Origin: Antedon mediterranea
Lineage: Eukaryota > Animalia > Echinodermata
Assembly (NCBI RefSeq): GCF_964355755.1
Contig: NC_092673.1
Span: 17,605,648 to 17,669,647 of the forward strand
Length of the DNA: 64,000 nucleotides
Reading direction: 5' to 3'
Part shown: piece after piece, positions 13,550-27,900 of the stretch
Layout of the letters: each line of letters starts with the position of its first letter
How positions within the stretch are numbered: position 1 is the stretch's first letter
Translations under genes and position numbers: made by a program
The notes under the pieces: model-generated
Databases searched by the model: none
The model's input: only the letters and a program-made list of their open reading frames with translations
What the model was told of the DNA's origin: nothing

Positions 13550-15025
13550 AAATTTTTTTTTCTAATTAAAGATCGCTTTGCCTAAACACCTCCAATTAGG
13601 GACCATTATATTATTTGGTATGTGAAAAGACAAGAAGAATAAATAATTGTTAAGTATGTGACAAAAACAAGTAAATGAAGTGGTCCTCTTCCAATTAAAA
13701 ATCACTTTACCTAAAACACCTCCAATTAGCGACCATTTTATTATTTAGTATTAATAAAGCAAGAATAATATATAGTTATTAATTATGTGACAAAAAACAA
13801 GTAATTGTACTGGACCTCTTTCAATAAAGGACCACTTTATTTAAAACATCTCCAATTAGCGACCATTTTATTAATTGGTATGAGTAAAGACAATAATAAT
13901 TAATAGTTTTAATTATGTGACAAAATTAAGTAACTGTACTGACTGGTCCGCTTCCAATTAAAGATCACTTTACTTTAAGACACCTCTAATTAGTGACCAT
14001 TTTTATTAATTGGTATGAGTAAAGGCAAGAATAATTAATAGTTTAATTATGTGACAAAATTAAGTAAATGTACTGGTCCGCTTCCAATTAAAGGTCACTT
14101 TACTTTAAGACACCTCTAATTAGCGACCATTTTATTTATTGGTAGGAGTAAATACAAGAAGAATACATAGTTTTAATTATGATAGTGACAAAATTAAGTA
14201 ACTGTACTAGTCCTCTTCCAGTTATAGATCACTTTACTTAAAGAAACCTCCAATTAGCGACCATTATATTATTTAGTATGAATAAAGACAAAAAGAATAC
14301 ATAGTTTTAATTTTGTGACAAAAACAAGTAATATTGTACTGGTCCTCTTCCATTAAAAACCACTTTACTTATAGACACCTCCAATTAGCGACCATTTTAT
14401 CAATTGGTATGAGTAAAGACAATAATAATTAATAGTTTTAATTATGTGACAAAATTAAGTAAATGTACTGGTCCGCTTCCAATTAAAGGTCACTTTACTT
14501 TAAGACACCTCTAATTAGTGACCATTTTTATGAATTGGTATGAGTAAAGACAATAATAATTAATAGTTTTAATTATGTGACAAAATTAAGTAACTGTACT
14601 GGTCCGCTTCCAATTAAAGATCACTTTACTTTAAGACACCTCTAATTAGTGACCATTTTTATTAATTGGTATGAGTAAAGGCAAGAATAATTAATAGTTT
14701 AATTATGTGACAAAATTAAGTAAATGTACTGGTCCTCTTCAAATTAAAGATCACTTCAGTTTAAGACACTTCCAATTAGCGACCGTTATATTATTTTGTA
14801 TGAATAAAGACAAGAAGAAGAAATAGTTTATAATCATGTGATAAAAAACAAGTATTTGTACTGGTCCTCTTCCAATTAAAGATCACTTTACTTTAAGACA
14901 CTTCCAATTAGCGACCGTTTTATTATTTTGTACGAGCACAGACAAGAGGAATAAATAGTTTATAATCATGTGATAAAAAACAAGTAATTGTACTGGTCCT
15001 CTTCCAATTAAAGATCACTTTACTG
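13550..15025. repeat. Tandem array, ~131-bp unit x ~11
   Basis: GTGACAAAA..CCAATTAAAGATCACTTTAC..CCAATTAGCGACCATTTT recurs about every 130 bp. Confidence 0.9.
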
Positions 15026-15051
15026 TAAGTACAGACACGACTAAAAGGTGA

Positions 15052-15120
15052 AATAATAATAACAAATAATAATAACAGGATTTTTATAGCGCACATACCA
15101 CAGAGTGCTCAAGGCGCATT
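15052..15120 (-). mobile_element. 3' end of an L2-type LINE or SINE
   Basis: Minus strand reads GCGCCTTGAGCAC..GCGCTATAAAAATCC + (TTA)n, matching the style of the L2 3' end at 58067-58135. Confidence 0.55.
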
Positions 15121-18100
15121 CAAAAAAAAAAATAATAAAAACAAATCATACAACTCTCCCGGTCCCGAGAGCCGCTGTTTTGAGGTTGACCTGACAATTG
15201 TGGCAATTACCAACTGGGACTTTACCCTTGCTGGACATCTGGTAAAAATAAATACTGATTATGCTGCCACTTTAGTACACAAAACGATAAATAAAAAAAA
15301 AATAATACAACTTGTAGCATTCCATTTAAACTAATACAGTAGGCCCTGTTCAAAACTGCTAGTGTAGAAAAGTCAAATCCACCCATATAATAAAACCTAG
15401 AACTAGCTAATGATGTAGAAACACCAACAGCTTATTTATTAAATAAAAATCAACATTATACTAATGTACAACTCAACAGGCAATGTAGTAACGAATTGCC
15501 TCACAGCTAATGTAGTTAATATCGCCAGCTAATAAAATATTATATATTTTACAAACCTAAATGTCTAAATCATGTGAAAATGTATTTCTCTACTTGCCGT
15601 CAGTCTATCCACCTCTCGTAAGTGATCGGCTTTCAAAACTTAGCACTCTGATCGTAAGCAACCACCCTTGTTAGCGACCACTTTTAATATTTAAAAGGGA
15701 CTACCTCTGTTTCCGCTTCTCACAATGGACAACCTCCTGAAAGGGTAACCACCTCTCATAACGGACTGCTTTCATAAACTACCACCGCTCGTAGACGACC
15801 ACTTCTTTTACCGACTACACCTCCCGTAAGTGACCACCTCAATAGAGGTGGTAATTTGCGAAAGGTGGTCGTTACGGAATTATGAGAAGTGGTCCCTTAG
15901 GAGAGGTGGACGTTTTTTTTTAGAGATTATTCGAAAAAAACAAAAAACCGAAATACCCTTGAGTGAACGAATAATTATGATGCGCAATTAAGGTGTTTAT
16001 TTTGCCATATAAAATATAAAAAAATAAATATTTTTTGGTAATATGCATCAACAATATTTTTCAAATGTATTTTAGATAAATAAATAAATAATGTAAAATC
16101 TCTAGAAACAAAAAAAAATATTGTGACTAACCATTCAATGTTTTATTAAATAAAACCAAAAATCAGGCATCTGTGAAAAAAAATATAATGAAAAAGAACT
16201 CACTTTAACAATGACGAACTTACTTGTTTAAAGCACTTTTGTTATCAGTTAATATTATTAAATTAGTAACAGTATTATGAATATTACAAAATAATATTTT
16301 GAGAACTGAAAAATATTTTGAGGGAACAAATATATTTAGGGAGAACAAAATAAGATTTCAAGAACTGAACAATATAAAAAACGAATTACTACTTCGAGAC
16401 AAGGAATGATCGAGAGAACGAAATAATTTCGAGGGAAATTATTTCGTTCTCTCGCGAATTAGTAATTCGAATTCCAATGAAATAATATTTCGAGAGAACG
16501 AAAATAGGTAGGCCCTATGCCTATATGATTTAGTGATATTCATTCCCTAGAAATAATAATACAGTACCGGTAGGCTATATATTTTTTCAAGTTGTCGATT
16601 TACTTCAAATTGACAACAGGTTGTATATACTCAATCAAAAACAAACAATTTAATTTGATTAGACTATATGTCTCCAGATATAATAATAGTAATATTTATT
16701 TCAATCGACTTGATATTTTGCGATTCAAGTTGGTATATTCTAAGGAATTATAATTACCCTAACGGGAGTTGGTGACCGTCCAGTGCCCTAGTTTTTACGG
16801 GGTTAATATGATGTCGATGTCGATGGTCCTACTTTCTTATCGATGAAAGCTGCCCGGGTGGTTGCAGCCATTTTCAACAGCTGGTATTACACTATTCAAT
16901 GCTGAAAATTGTCCAGTGGACACTTTCAAACACCGGACACATTTAAATCTTACACCGGCCCGAAGCCTACTCTAGACTAGAGTGTTTACACTTGTGCACT
17001 TTTGGCTCGGAGCCGGCCTCGGGCTCGCTAAAAGCTGAAGTGTAAATGGGGTCTTAGTGTTATATTATTAATTTAGCCAGAAAGGCCCCTCTTCTGCTTC
17101 CCAAGATAACCAGATAATCCACGACCGCGTTTGAAATCGGTCATGTTTCGAATTGGCTGCTTTTCGAATCAGTTAGGTACCCAATATATAATTTATTGAT
17201 ATTCTGGAAAAAATGATAAATTAAATAATGATATAGGCCTACATTCCAAAATTTATAAATTTTATAAAATTCATATAAATTTCTCATTTTTGGAAGAATC
17301 TTCCCACATTTTATATGTTTTTACTTGCTGTATCCCAACACTTGCATGTTTTGTTCATAAATAAAATTAACAGTTGACAGAATATAAAGTGGATGTGTAA
17401 ACAATACGCACCTCGTGAAAAGTGCAGGTAATTGTTTATTTGTTGAGTTTGTACGTTACATCCTTATTGAGTCGCAATACTGGAGACCATTAACTGATAT
17501 ACGTAGATAAAAGTGGAATCCATCAGTAAAAACACATACGAAGATGAACCAGCTGAAGTAGTCGAAATGTGCAGCTCATAAAATCCGACATGAAAATGAC
17601 ATTGTTAATGATACATAACATTGCCCATTGTATTTTGGTCACTGCACCGCTTTTGCACAATTCAAAGTTACGAAAAGAATTCCTTGCTCAAATTGTAAAT
17701 AATATTGCTGTGTTTTTTAATGAAGTTAAACAGCCTAAATAAATTGCACAAGAAAATCTGTTACACAACCTAATGAGGAACATACATGAAATCCCTATAA
17801 TCACACAGCCAACCACTTTACTTTCCAAACATGGTAAATGCTCCTCAACAAGAGGAGTTGTGTGTGATTTGTATGCAAGTCCTGGGTGGGCTATTGCACC
17901 ATTGGTGACCTTAAAATCTAAAACTTTGGCATTTCCACTATAAAGTGGTACAGTACAGTAACTCACTGCCAGTAATCTACAGTAAGTTCTGCAGACACTG
18001 GGCCACGGCAAAGTTTGTATCGTGAAACATTTGAAGTGCCACAGGGTGCCTTGAGGGACTGAAAATATTGGAATCAGTAATTTAAACCAGGCCGTTTTAT

Positions 18101-19281
18101 TGGGTGTTTATATTAGTTGTATATTACATTCCAGTTGATGAAGTAATTGGTGTTAATATACTAAATAACTAGATATCAATCAATATGTTATTACAAAATA
18201 GAACAAAAAAAGTAATTACAAGCATTTTTAAATAAATCAGTCTAACTTTAGGCATAATACTGTCCATGTTCACAAGTATTCCATGCATCAAGTACTTTAG
18301 TACACTTTGGACATTAAAAATTTAATAATTATCATCGTCAAATTGACTTTCCACCTGCATTGAAATTAATATTTTGTCAATTTTTAATTTTCTTTTTTTC
18401 TCTAAGTTCATGTCAAGCAATTTCTGTAACTATTTCATACACATCTGTCTAATGAGTGTTCTTTTTGAATTACTTATCCTAATTTAGTAAATGTTAACTT
18501 CAGATATTTGGGTAGTCTAGGTTCTAGAATTATGTAATTACTTAATGTTAGTAAAAAGATAACTGGTATAGTAGATCGGAATGCCCGATAATTATAAAAC
18601 GTATATCCACTGGCTTCTATTGTGCTGACTCACGCGAAGGCAGCAATCGTCAGGTTTTTATTCAATCAATGACAATCAGTAATTTGCATACATATTTACA
18701 TGTGTGACTAATCACTACAATTGCCACAATGGCGTTTCATACATATAAAAGCACAAAATCAAAACGCTGACTGGTGGACTAACATAAAAAAAAGAGAATA
18801 ACTACAGACTTGGGGAAAGTTTAATAATTGGGCAACTAATCTTTGTTATATGGATATGCTGTAATAAAATGGTATTAGTATAAAGATATTCAAAGTTCAT
18901 CCTATTTATTATCACTTTGGTATGTACAATATTGACTGATTGACTATTGACAAAGTTTATTATCACTGTGCGTAAATATAACCAAAAAAATGTAATTGTA
19001 CCGAACAGTAATAAACTGCTGTGTTCTATCTAGTAATACTATCTTTGTTGAACATTAGAATATCTCATATTTCACAGAGCAACGTAGGCCTAAAGACAGA
19101 AATAAATAAATAAGTATTCGTTAAAAAACAAAGTATCTCTTTATTATATGTTGAAGATTCATACTGAAGACATTAGTAATACACTTTTTTTTTACAAGAA
19201 AGCACATTCATCAAATATAATCAGAATGGATGATAAACTGCTGCTGTGTATTGACAAGTTCACTGTATTCATTATCACTGT

Positions 19282-19917
19282 GCATTTTGAAGAAAGCAGG
19301 AATCTTAATTAATGACCTGTTGACTGTTTATATGGCGTATATAAGACCTATTTTAGAATATGCTGCCCCTGTTTGGCATGGCGCTATCACTAAGGACATG
19401 TCCAAGTCTATTGAAAAGGTACAAAAGAGAGCATTGCGTATCATGCTATTTAACAACTATTTGTGCTATGATCATGCATTGTCTGTTACTGGTTTACCTA
19501 CTCTTGTTGAGAGAAGAAACAAACTTGTGTTGTCTTTCGGGGAAGGCTTATTACAATCCGAGCTGTTTAGAGAAATACTTCCCCCTCTTCATAAGCCAGC
19601 TCGGTCTCTCAGATTCAACCGCTTTCTAGAGGTACCTCATTGTAAAACCAGCAGACTTAGGTCGTCTCCAGTTCCCACCTTGGTGGATATAATTAATAGG
19701 CACCACTAGCTCTTTTTAGATATGTCATAAGTGAATGTTTTAAGGTTTTTTATTCATGTATGTTTTTAATTTTATGGTACGATATATAATTTTAATAAGA
19801 TGTTTCTATTTTTATAGCAATTTTAACTAATTTTTAGTCATTTGTAATGCAATTCATTTCAGTCCTTGACTGTCGTTTTGTATTTTTATATACCGAATAA
19901 ATAAATAAATAAAAAAA
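19282..19917 (+). mobile_element. 5'-truncated LINE (C-terminus of ORF2, 3' UTR and tail)
   Basis: YMAYIRPILEYAAPVWH..IEKVQKRALRI is a post-RT motif of CR1/L2-group elements. Stop at 19709, (AAAT)n tail at 19896-19917. Confidence 0.85.
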
Positions 19918-21925
19918 TATAATATCTCATCAGAATTAATGCATCATATCATTAGCATCACTTCCTTTTATCACAATCACTATTACCAAAATAGAGATTG
20001 TAGTGTTGTACAATGAAATCTGTGGTGTTTAATAATTGGAATAATTAGTCATTGCATTATCTTTATTATCATTGTTGAACATTGAAATACAATGCTTAAA
20101 TTTTAAATCTCTAAGATTATCTGATAACAAATTGTGTAGCAGGAACTCAATAGAATAATTATATAAATTTAATAGTTAGTTTTCTGTATAAATGCACTTA
20201 TATTGAACTTGTTATAATTATCAACATAATTGGTTCCTTTTAACTAATTGTATTCATTAATCATTGCATTATCTTTGTTGAACATTGAAATACAATAGTT
20301 ATATTAAATCTCTAGTTAAGATTTTTGATAACAAATTGTGTAGTAGCAGAAACTCAATAAATAGATTACCCGGGCGTTTATTCAGGGGAGGCATTTTTTT
20401 TTTTTTTATGTAATTTGGTAATGTGTATAATCAAATAAATACCCCAGATATGAAAAAATACAATATAATTTATATAAAAAACTGATAAACTACACTAAAA
20501 ATTGTATAAAAATGCTCAGTAAATTGTAGATCATGTCAATCATTGAATTCTACTGCAAATATAAATGTGTTGTAGAACAATATTGTATATATAATGCATG
20601 CGGCGGGCGTTTATTCAAGAAAATAAATACCACAGGGCATTTATTCAAAATTATGTTCTATTATATGTTTATTTAAAGCATGGCATATATTGGAATAAAT
20701 AAATTAGTTAGTTTTCTGTATAAATGCACTTATTATATTGAACTTGTTATAAATGGTCACATCAGTGTCACATTATCAATTTCATATCTCATAAATTTTT
20801 ACTAATTGGATTCATTAGTCATTGCATTATCTTTATTATCTTTGTTGAACATTGAAATACAATGCTTAAATTAAATCTCTAAGATTATCTGATAACAAAT
20901 TGTGTAACAGGAACTAAATTTCCTGATACACAAATAATTGTTTTATTAGTTAATGTTGATAATGTGACACTAATGTGACCATTTATAATGATAACAAGTT
21001 CATATAAGTGCATTTATGCAGAAAACTATCTGATACATTTGAATAATGAGGGTTTGTTGAAGTAAACTGACAGATACTGCGATATAATATAATTTTGTAT
21101 TTAAACAGAAGATAAAGTAAATATCACCTGATTGTTTTACAACAGGAATAAGACTATAAATGTTTGGTTTGGTGTTTTGATGTAGTACTGCAATATCAGA
21201 CTGCTAGACCAGTGGATGGAAGAATCTTGAAATCCATAGCCGACAATTGTAATTTTGTGGTTACCAACAACTTTTTATAAATTCACTTGTGTGAGTTATA
21301 TATTTTTTTTAAATTTCAGTAGATCCACCTGATTCCCAGTGCTGTATCTCCACATACTATCTATTTCCGAAGTATCATAGGAATATTTGGTAATACAGCA
21401 TCACATGTGGTGCCTGTATCGTGTAAGGACGTTAAGGGTTAGGTTACTCTAGATACATGTGAAACACATGTGATGTTGTATTACAAAATATTCCTGATAC
21501 TTCGGAAATCGATACAGATACAGTACCGAGAATCGGCTTGTAGATTAGTGATGTTAATTCTTGTTACAACTATACATTATTTGGGCTGCTTTGTGAAATG
21601 CGTATTAGACTCAATACTCCAATATGCCTCTTCAAAGTTAGCTTGGATATTGCTATTACTAGATGTATGTTGATATAATGTATTAATCCTCAACAAGTAA
21701 ACAAAAGCTGTTGAGTGATAATGTGTTTGTGTATGTCATGATCTACTGTATAAACACTTTTTAACAGGCCTACGCAGTTAGTTAAAATATACTGTTTAAA
21801 TCTAAATGCCCTAAAAAAATTATTTCAGTTAGATATTTTAACAGGAGAGATTTAATGTTTACTATTTTTATTTTAAGAGAGGCATAATTGACTTGATTGG
21901 TAAATGAAGACGGTGTATTTTTAAA

Positions 21926-24900
21926 ATGGAGAGGTATGGTTTTTCAAATTTATTTAAAATACGAATAAACTAACTTTCAATTATTTGTTGATATTTATTT
22001 TACTTTTTTAAATTTCATTTTTATGGCGCTTTTAACAAAGTGTCAACAAAAAAATATATATCAAAAGACCATAGAGATGTATTGTCCTCAAAAAACATGA
22101 CAAAATGAAGATTAATTAAATCAGACTTTGAATAGGTTATTTTGTAGTTTTAATAAAGTAAATCTCTTCCATAGAAAAGAAAAACAAACAAAAAAATGTT
22201 TTCACTTACAAAATAAATGGTTAAATTTAACTAAAAACCTATTGGCTGGCTGCCAGCCAATTTGACTGTTTTTTGGTTTAAATTACAGTTGTTTCAGGTA
22301 AATAATGTTTTTTTCTATTCAATTGTGGATAACTATTATGTGACAATAAAATGGCGTATTCAACAAAAAAATGTTTAGAATTATTTTTTCAGGGGGACAA
22401 TACATCTTTAAGTATGAAAAAAATTCAAATTTAAACATGCAATCAGGCCTGTCATGAACACTGACATCATCTGGCATTCATTTGGTCATCTCACTTTCTA
22501 GATCTTAAGAGATCTTAAGTTGACTTTTTGAAAGTGTAAAGTTAGGTTGACTTACAGTAAAGGGCAATTTGTATATTATTTCAATATGGAAATAGGTAAT
22601 TCCAAACCTTTTAGGATAATATTGAAGTTTATAACTTTCATTTTGACAGGAACAATTTAGAACAAGCTTTGGTCAGGAATGATTTGGAAACAGTTGAACG
22701 ACTTTGTAGGACGCAACCAGATCTTGTGAAAACTATCGATGAGGTATAACTAAATATAATCAGACTTTAAATAGGCAAATTGGCAGTTTTAATAAGTTAT
22801 TCACTTCCGTAGAAAAAAAAATTATTTCTCTTCACTAAAAACCATTGTCTGATGGACAATTTGACGATTTGTTACTTAATTAAATTACAGTTTTAATTTT
22901 TTTTATGATCCAATTTTGGTCAAAGTGATCTGAACATTCTTTTAAATACAATTTTATGAAATATATATTTTATTGATGTTCAATTCATTTTCCCTCTTTC
23001 CTTTTCTATATTAAAAAAATTGTATTTAAAGATGTATTGTCCCCCTGAAAAAAATTATTATTAAAACTTTTTTGTTGAATATGTCATTTTAATGTCACAT
23101 AATAGTTATCCACTTTGACCAAAAATTAGATTTAAAAAAAATATATTTACCTGAAATAACTGTAATTTAAAGCAAAATATAGTCAAATTGGCGGCCAGCC
23201 AATGGATTTTTGGTTGAATTTAACCATTTATTTTGTCATTTTATTTAATTTTTTTTTTCTACGGAAGTGATTAACTTGATTAAAACTACAAAATAACCTA
23301 TTCAAGTCTGATCTAATTAATCTTCATTTTTCATGTTTTCATGTTTCTAAACTTTACTTAAAATGACCTCAGTGATAATAACTGATAATTTATCAATAAA
23401 GATGACAATTAAGATCATTTACTACAGAGTGCATTATTTAATAATTGTTGTATTTACAGAAATCCAATTTCACACAATGTCTGTTTATGATTATGATTCC
23501 TTTACAGGATGGAAACACTCCACTGTATGTATATTTGTGTGATGACCTAATTAACCCTACTTTAGCAATCGTAAATTGTCTCTTAAATCATGGTGCATCA
23601 ACAACATTGCAAAATAAGGTAATTTACATAGATTTTCGTGAACCATTCTATTTTTTATTTCAATAATGACGATTAGAATTAGAATTGTTTACTAAATTAC
23701 TGTATTTAGCAGTAATTGTTACTATGTTGACAGAATAAACATCATCTCTGTTGTCAGTATTAATTATAAACTTCATGATTATGATTCCTTTACAGGATGG
23801 AAACACTCCACTGCATGTATATCTGAGTGGTGATAGACAAATACAACCTACTTTAGAAATAGTGGCATCCCTTGTTGCATCAGCAACATTACAAAATAAG
23901 GCAATTTATTTTCTTTGAATAATGACAAGATTATTTGTTACATTGTTTAGCTGTAATGGTTGCAATAATTTCCATTGACAGAAAACCAATTACACATTTG
24001 TAATGTAAACTCTAAACTCTTTACTATATTTTATGTTTATTTTTATATACCTCTTTATCAACTCAAACCTATGATACTGTACCTTTAATACAGTACCTAT
24101 ATTACCATGTTGGTAATGATTTTTCTTTTATGTTTTTGCAAATAGTTTAAGAACCTGTATCCGTCATATAATGTATTATTTTGATGTATTATGTTAAATT
24201 GGATGCACCACTTCTGTGTGTGCCACCGATGCAAAGGTGTCATTTCCTAATAAATTATTATTATTTTTTTTCATTTTTTTCATTTATCTTTTTTATTTCG
24301 GAATATCATGGTGACATAATATAAAATCCATAGCAAAAGAGAGAAAAAAAAATCTTAATCTAACAGCTCATAGAACAAAAACAAAGATATGTAAATAAAT
24401 AAAGTCAATGCAACAAAGCATTCCATTGTATGTGCATTCTTGACACATTAAGAACGTGGCGATTAATGGCCATGATCAACGAATTACTACTTGCGTTCAC
24501 ACGATTTTTAAAACTAAAAACAGATTTTCTAATGAACTCATCAAAGGATGGGACGTCATTTAAGACAAACATCATGCTTGCACTACAATGTCTAGGCTGC
24601 TTCAGCAGCAGACGTAAGGCATTGTTATAACATACTTTCAGTGATCTCAGAGTGCTCTTATTATATCTACACCATAAGGTTGAACAGTACATGCTGACAC
24701 AGTAACTCTTAAATAGATAACATTTAGTCTTAGTAGAACATTTTCCAAACTTTCTATTTAGATAGTTGGCCCTAATGCAAATAGATCGATATTGACGTTT
24801 GATGTCACCTTCATCACTCAGGTTATTACTGATCACATGACCAAGATAGGTTATTGAATTATCAACGATTAGAGGTGCCCCATTTAAGGTAATATGTGGA

Positions 24901-27900
24901 ACACCTTTGAGGTTGCGGACTTTCGGGCAAAATAGCAAGCATTTGGATTTGGTTTCATTAAAAGTAATATCTTGGTCACTAGCAAAACCTTTACAGAGTC
25001 CAATTAGGCTTTGTAAGCCAGTCACTAACGGAGCCAAAAGGACCAAGTCATCAGCAAAGCTTAGGCAATTCAGTTTAAGACTGTTAATTTCACAACCTTC
25101 TTTTGACTTAGTCAGTTCAACAGTTAACGGATCAGTGTACACATTGTAAAGTAGAGGGGACATAACGCCTCCCTGGCGAACCCCATTACGAACAGTGAAA
25201 GAATCGGAAACGGAACTTCCCCACCTGACAACAAATTCCTGGTTCCTATACCATGACCTCAGTATCTTAACTACAGGTGAAGGGGTACCCCTGTCAATTA
25301 GGGTCTTGAAAAGTGTCCAGTGGTTCACTTTATCAAAGGCTTTGCTAGCGTCCAAGAAACAGCAATAAACTGGGCTACCATGATTGTTGTAATGCTCGAT
25401 AATCTGTTTAAGAGCAAATATACACAATTCGGTTGAGTGACCAGATTTGAAGGCAAACTGGTTGTCATGGGAGTCCAGTGAATTACCACAATGTTGTATC
25501 ATTACAGACTCTAGAAGTTTAGAAGCTACACATGCCAAAGCTATTGCTATTATTATTATTATTATTACATAAAAGCTATTATTAGTATTTATAAACCTCA
25601 TATATTATGATTCTTTTACAGGATGGGAACACTCCATTACATGTATATCTGAGTGATGGATTCAATCATACCTTAGAAATAGTGACTTGTCTTGTACAGC
25701 ACAGTACATCAACCACATTGCAAAATAAGGTACTTTAAAATTGCTAATGTAGGCTAACATTCTTTATCTACTGCAGTAAACCCTTATATTTTTCTTTTAT
25801 ATCAACAATGACAATTTACGATTACTACATAATTTAGCAGTAATTGTTGCTATAGTTTGTATTGATTTTTGATTTTTTGATTTTTTGTCTGTTTTCAGTA
25901 TTTATAAACTTTATAATTATGATTTCTTTACAGGATGGGGACACTCCATTACATGTATATCTGAGTGATGGATTTAATCATACCTTAGGAATAGTGACTT
26001 GTCTTGTACAGCAATGTACATCAGCAACCATGCAAAATAAGGTAATGTACAGAGATTTAGATCTGTTGTGGTAAACCAGTCTATTGTTTAAAAAATGACA
26101 ATATTATTTACTAAATTACTTATCCAATAATTGTTGTATTTAAAGAGAAACAATTTCGTTCGCTTACCCTCTAGGAGTTCACAAAAACATGACCACGACC
26201 CAGGAAATCAGAAACCCGGGTCAGACCTATGCATATTACATATGATTACTGAATTAGACATTTCATGAGGGGTACCCAACTTATGTACAAAAACCAAAAT
26301 ATAGCGACCTGGGTAGTAAAGCTAGTTTTATTTTTTGGAAGTAACAGAGTTGAGATGGGTTACAGAAATGCTGTTTAGGACTGTTGTTATGACATCTTGA
26401 TGACGTCGTAAGAATGTTAAAATGCAGGTTTTTCTTGAGCATAGTAAAATTAGCGATATTACAGAAAGTATGATTAGGGAAACAGAAACTATAATATTTG
26501 GCAGTGTATGAAATTTGAGCCTGCTACTGAGAATAAGTACGATGAGACGCGAAATATCATTTATTAATAATTATATCTACTGACCACACACATCATAAGA
26601 ATATAATTTTAGAAGTTTTGCAAATTGATAATGTGTTACCTAAAACATAAAATAATAGACTTTATGGTACACAGGAGGGAAAGTCAATGCATCAATCACT
26701 GAGTGGTTATGTTATGTGCAATTTGAATGACTTGCACAATTTGAAATTGCTTATTTTCTTAAGTATTTGATTATCAAAACACATCTTACATATTACAGAT
26801 GTCTGTTATCAATATTTTAAAAGTCATGACTATGATTCTTTTACAGGATGGAAACACTCCATTACATGTATATCTGAGTGGTAATTATGACCCTACCTTA
26901 GAAATGGTGACATGTCTCCTAAATCAGGATGCATCAACAACATTGCAAAATAAGGTAATTTATAGGAAATTGTCAGTGTAATAGGCTAACAATCTATATC
27001 TTCTACGGTAAACATTCTCTCCCCCCCCCCCACTCATTTTATCATAGGCCACAAGAAATTCTATTGTTTCTGATGTTATTCTATAATTTGTTAATGTTAT
27101 ACAATGTTAATTTTATGGTTCACATCTCATCAAAAGTTCTCTAAAATGTGTGGCAATTTTGATACCTTTTATACCCCCTTTGCTCATAGGGTGTACAATT
27201 TGTATATTTAATTCTCTGACACATATCATTATCTCTATGATTCATTGTACAAAATTAAATAAATTATTGAGGTGCCCATACACCATATTTGTAGTGGGCC
27301 CTTTTAAGCCTCAGTTGAATTACACAATCAAAAATGGCAACTCCTGTGGCAGGCCATTGCTCAAATAAACTGGATATTTTGTGGAGAACATTTGATATAG
27401 TCCACAATATCAACTTTCAAAATGTTTACTGCTATTGCAAACAATTCACATAATGTCTGTTGTCATTATTTATAAACTTTATGATTATAATTCCTTTCCA
27501 GGATGGAAACACTCCATTACATGTATATCTGGGTGATAGATATCACCCTACCTTAGAAATGGTGGCTTATCTGAAACAGCATGGTGCACCAGTAACATTG
27601 CAAAATAAGGTAATGTAAAAAGAATTGTCAGGACAATCAGCTGCGGAAACATTTTTTTTGTTTCGTTGTTTATCAATAATGGCAATTATTATTATATTAT
27701 TTAGATTTACATATGTGAACTTTATTCAATCAATCGTACATTTGTTTAGGTGTCTAGAAAACTCAGATCTCGAATATACCTGAGTTTTCTAGATCTAGAA
27801 AACTCGGATATCTGACTTTTCTAGTTCCAAAATGGAGTTTTCTAGACACCCCATTTTTTTGGTATTATAATGGTAAACATAATAAAGTGTATTTACAGTG

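Larger units (their letters stand above)
13274..16960. mobile_element. Unclassified TIR element carrying internal repeats
   Basis: GCCGGTGTAAGATT..TGTCC.. at 13275 and its inverted mate ending at 16959. Candidate 5-bp TSD CGAAG (13269-13273, 16961-16965). Confidence 0.6.

Noticed and set aside
17688-18011. 107-aa minus ORF, and a + strand CVIC stretch as a RING fragment
   Set aside because: No further motif and no convincing splice context.
23445-23666. Short ankyrin ORFs in the track (also 25862, 26799, 57720) as stand-alone genes
   Set aside because: They are single exons plus intron read-through. Splice sites delimit the conserved part.
25546-25601. N-terminus MRFINTNNSFYVIIIIII of the 398-aa ORF as a signal or TM segment
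   Set aside because: It is read-through into the flanking (ATT)n and host intron beyond the LINE truncation point.
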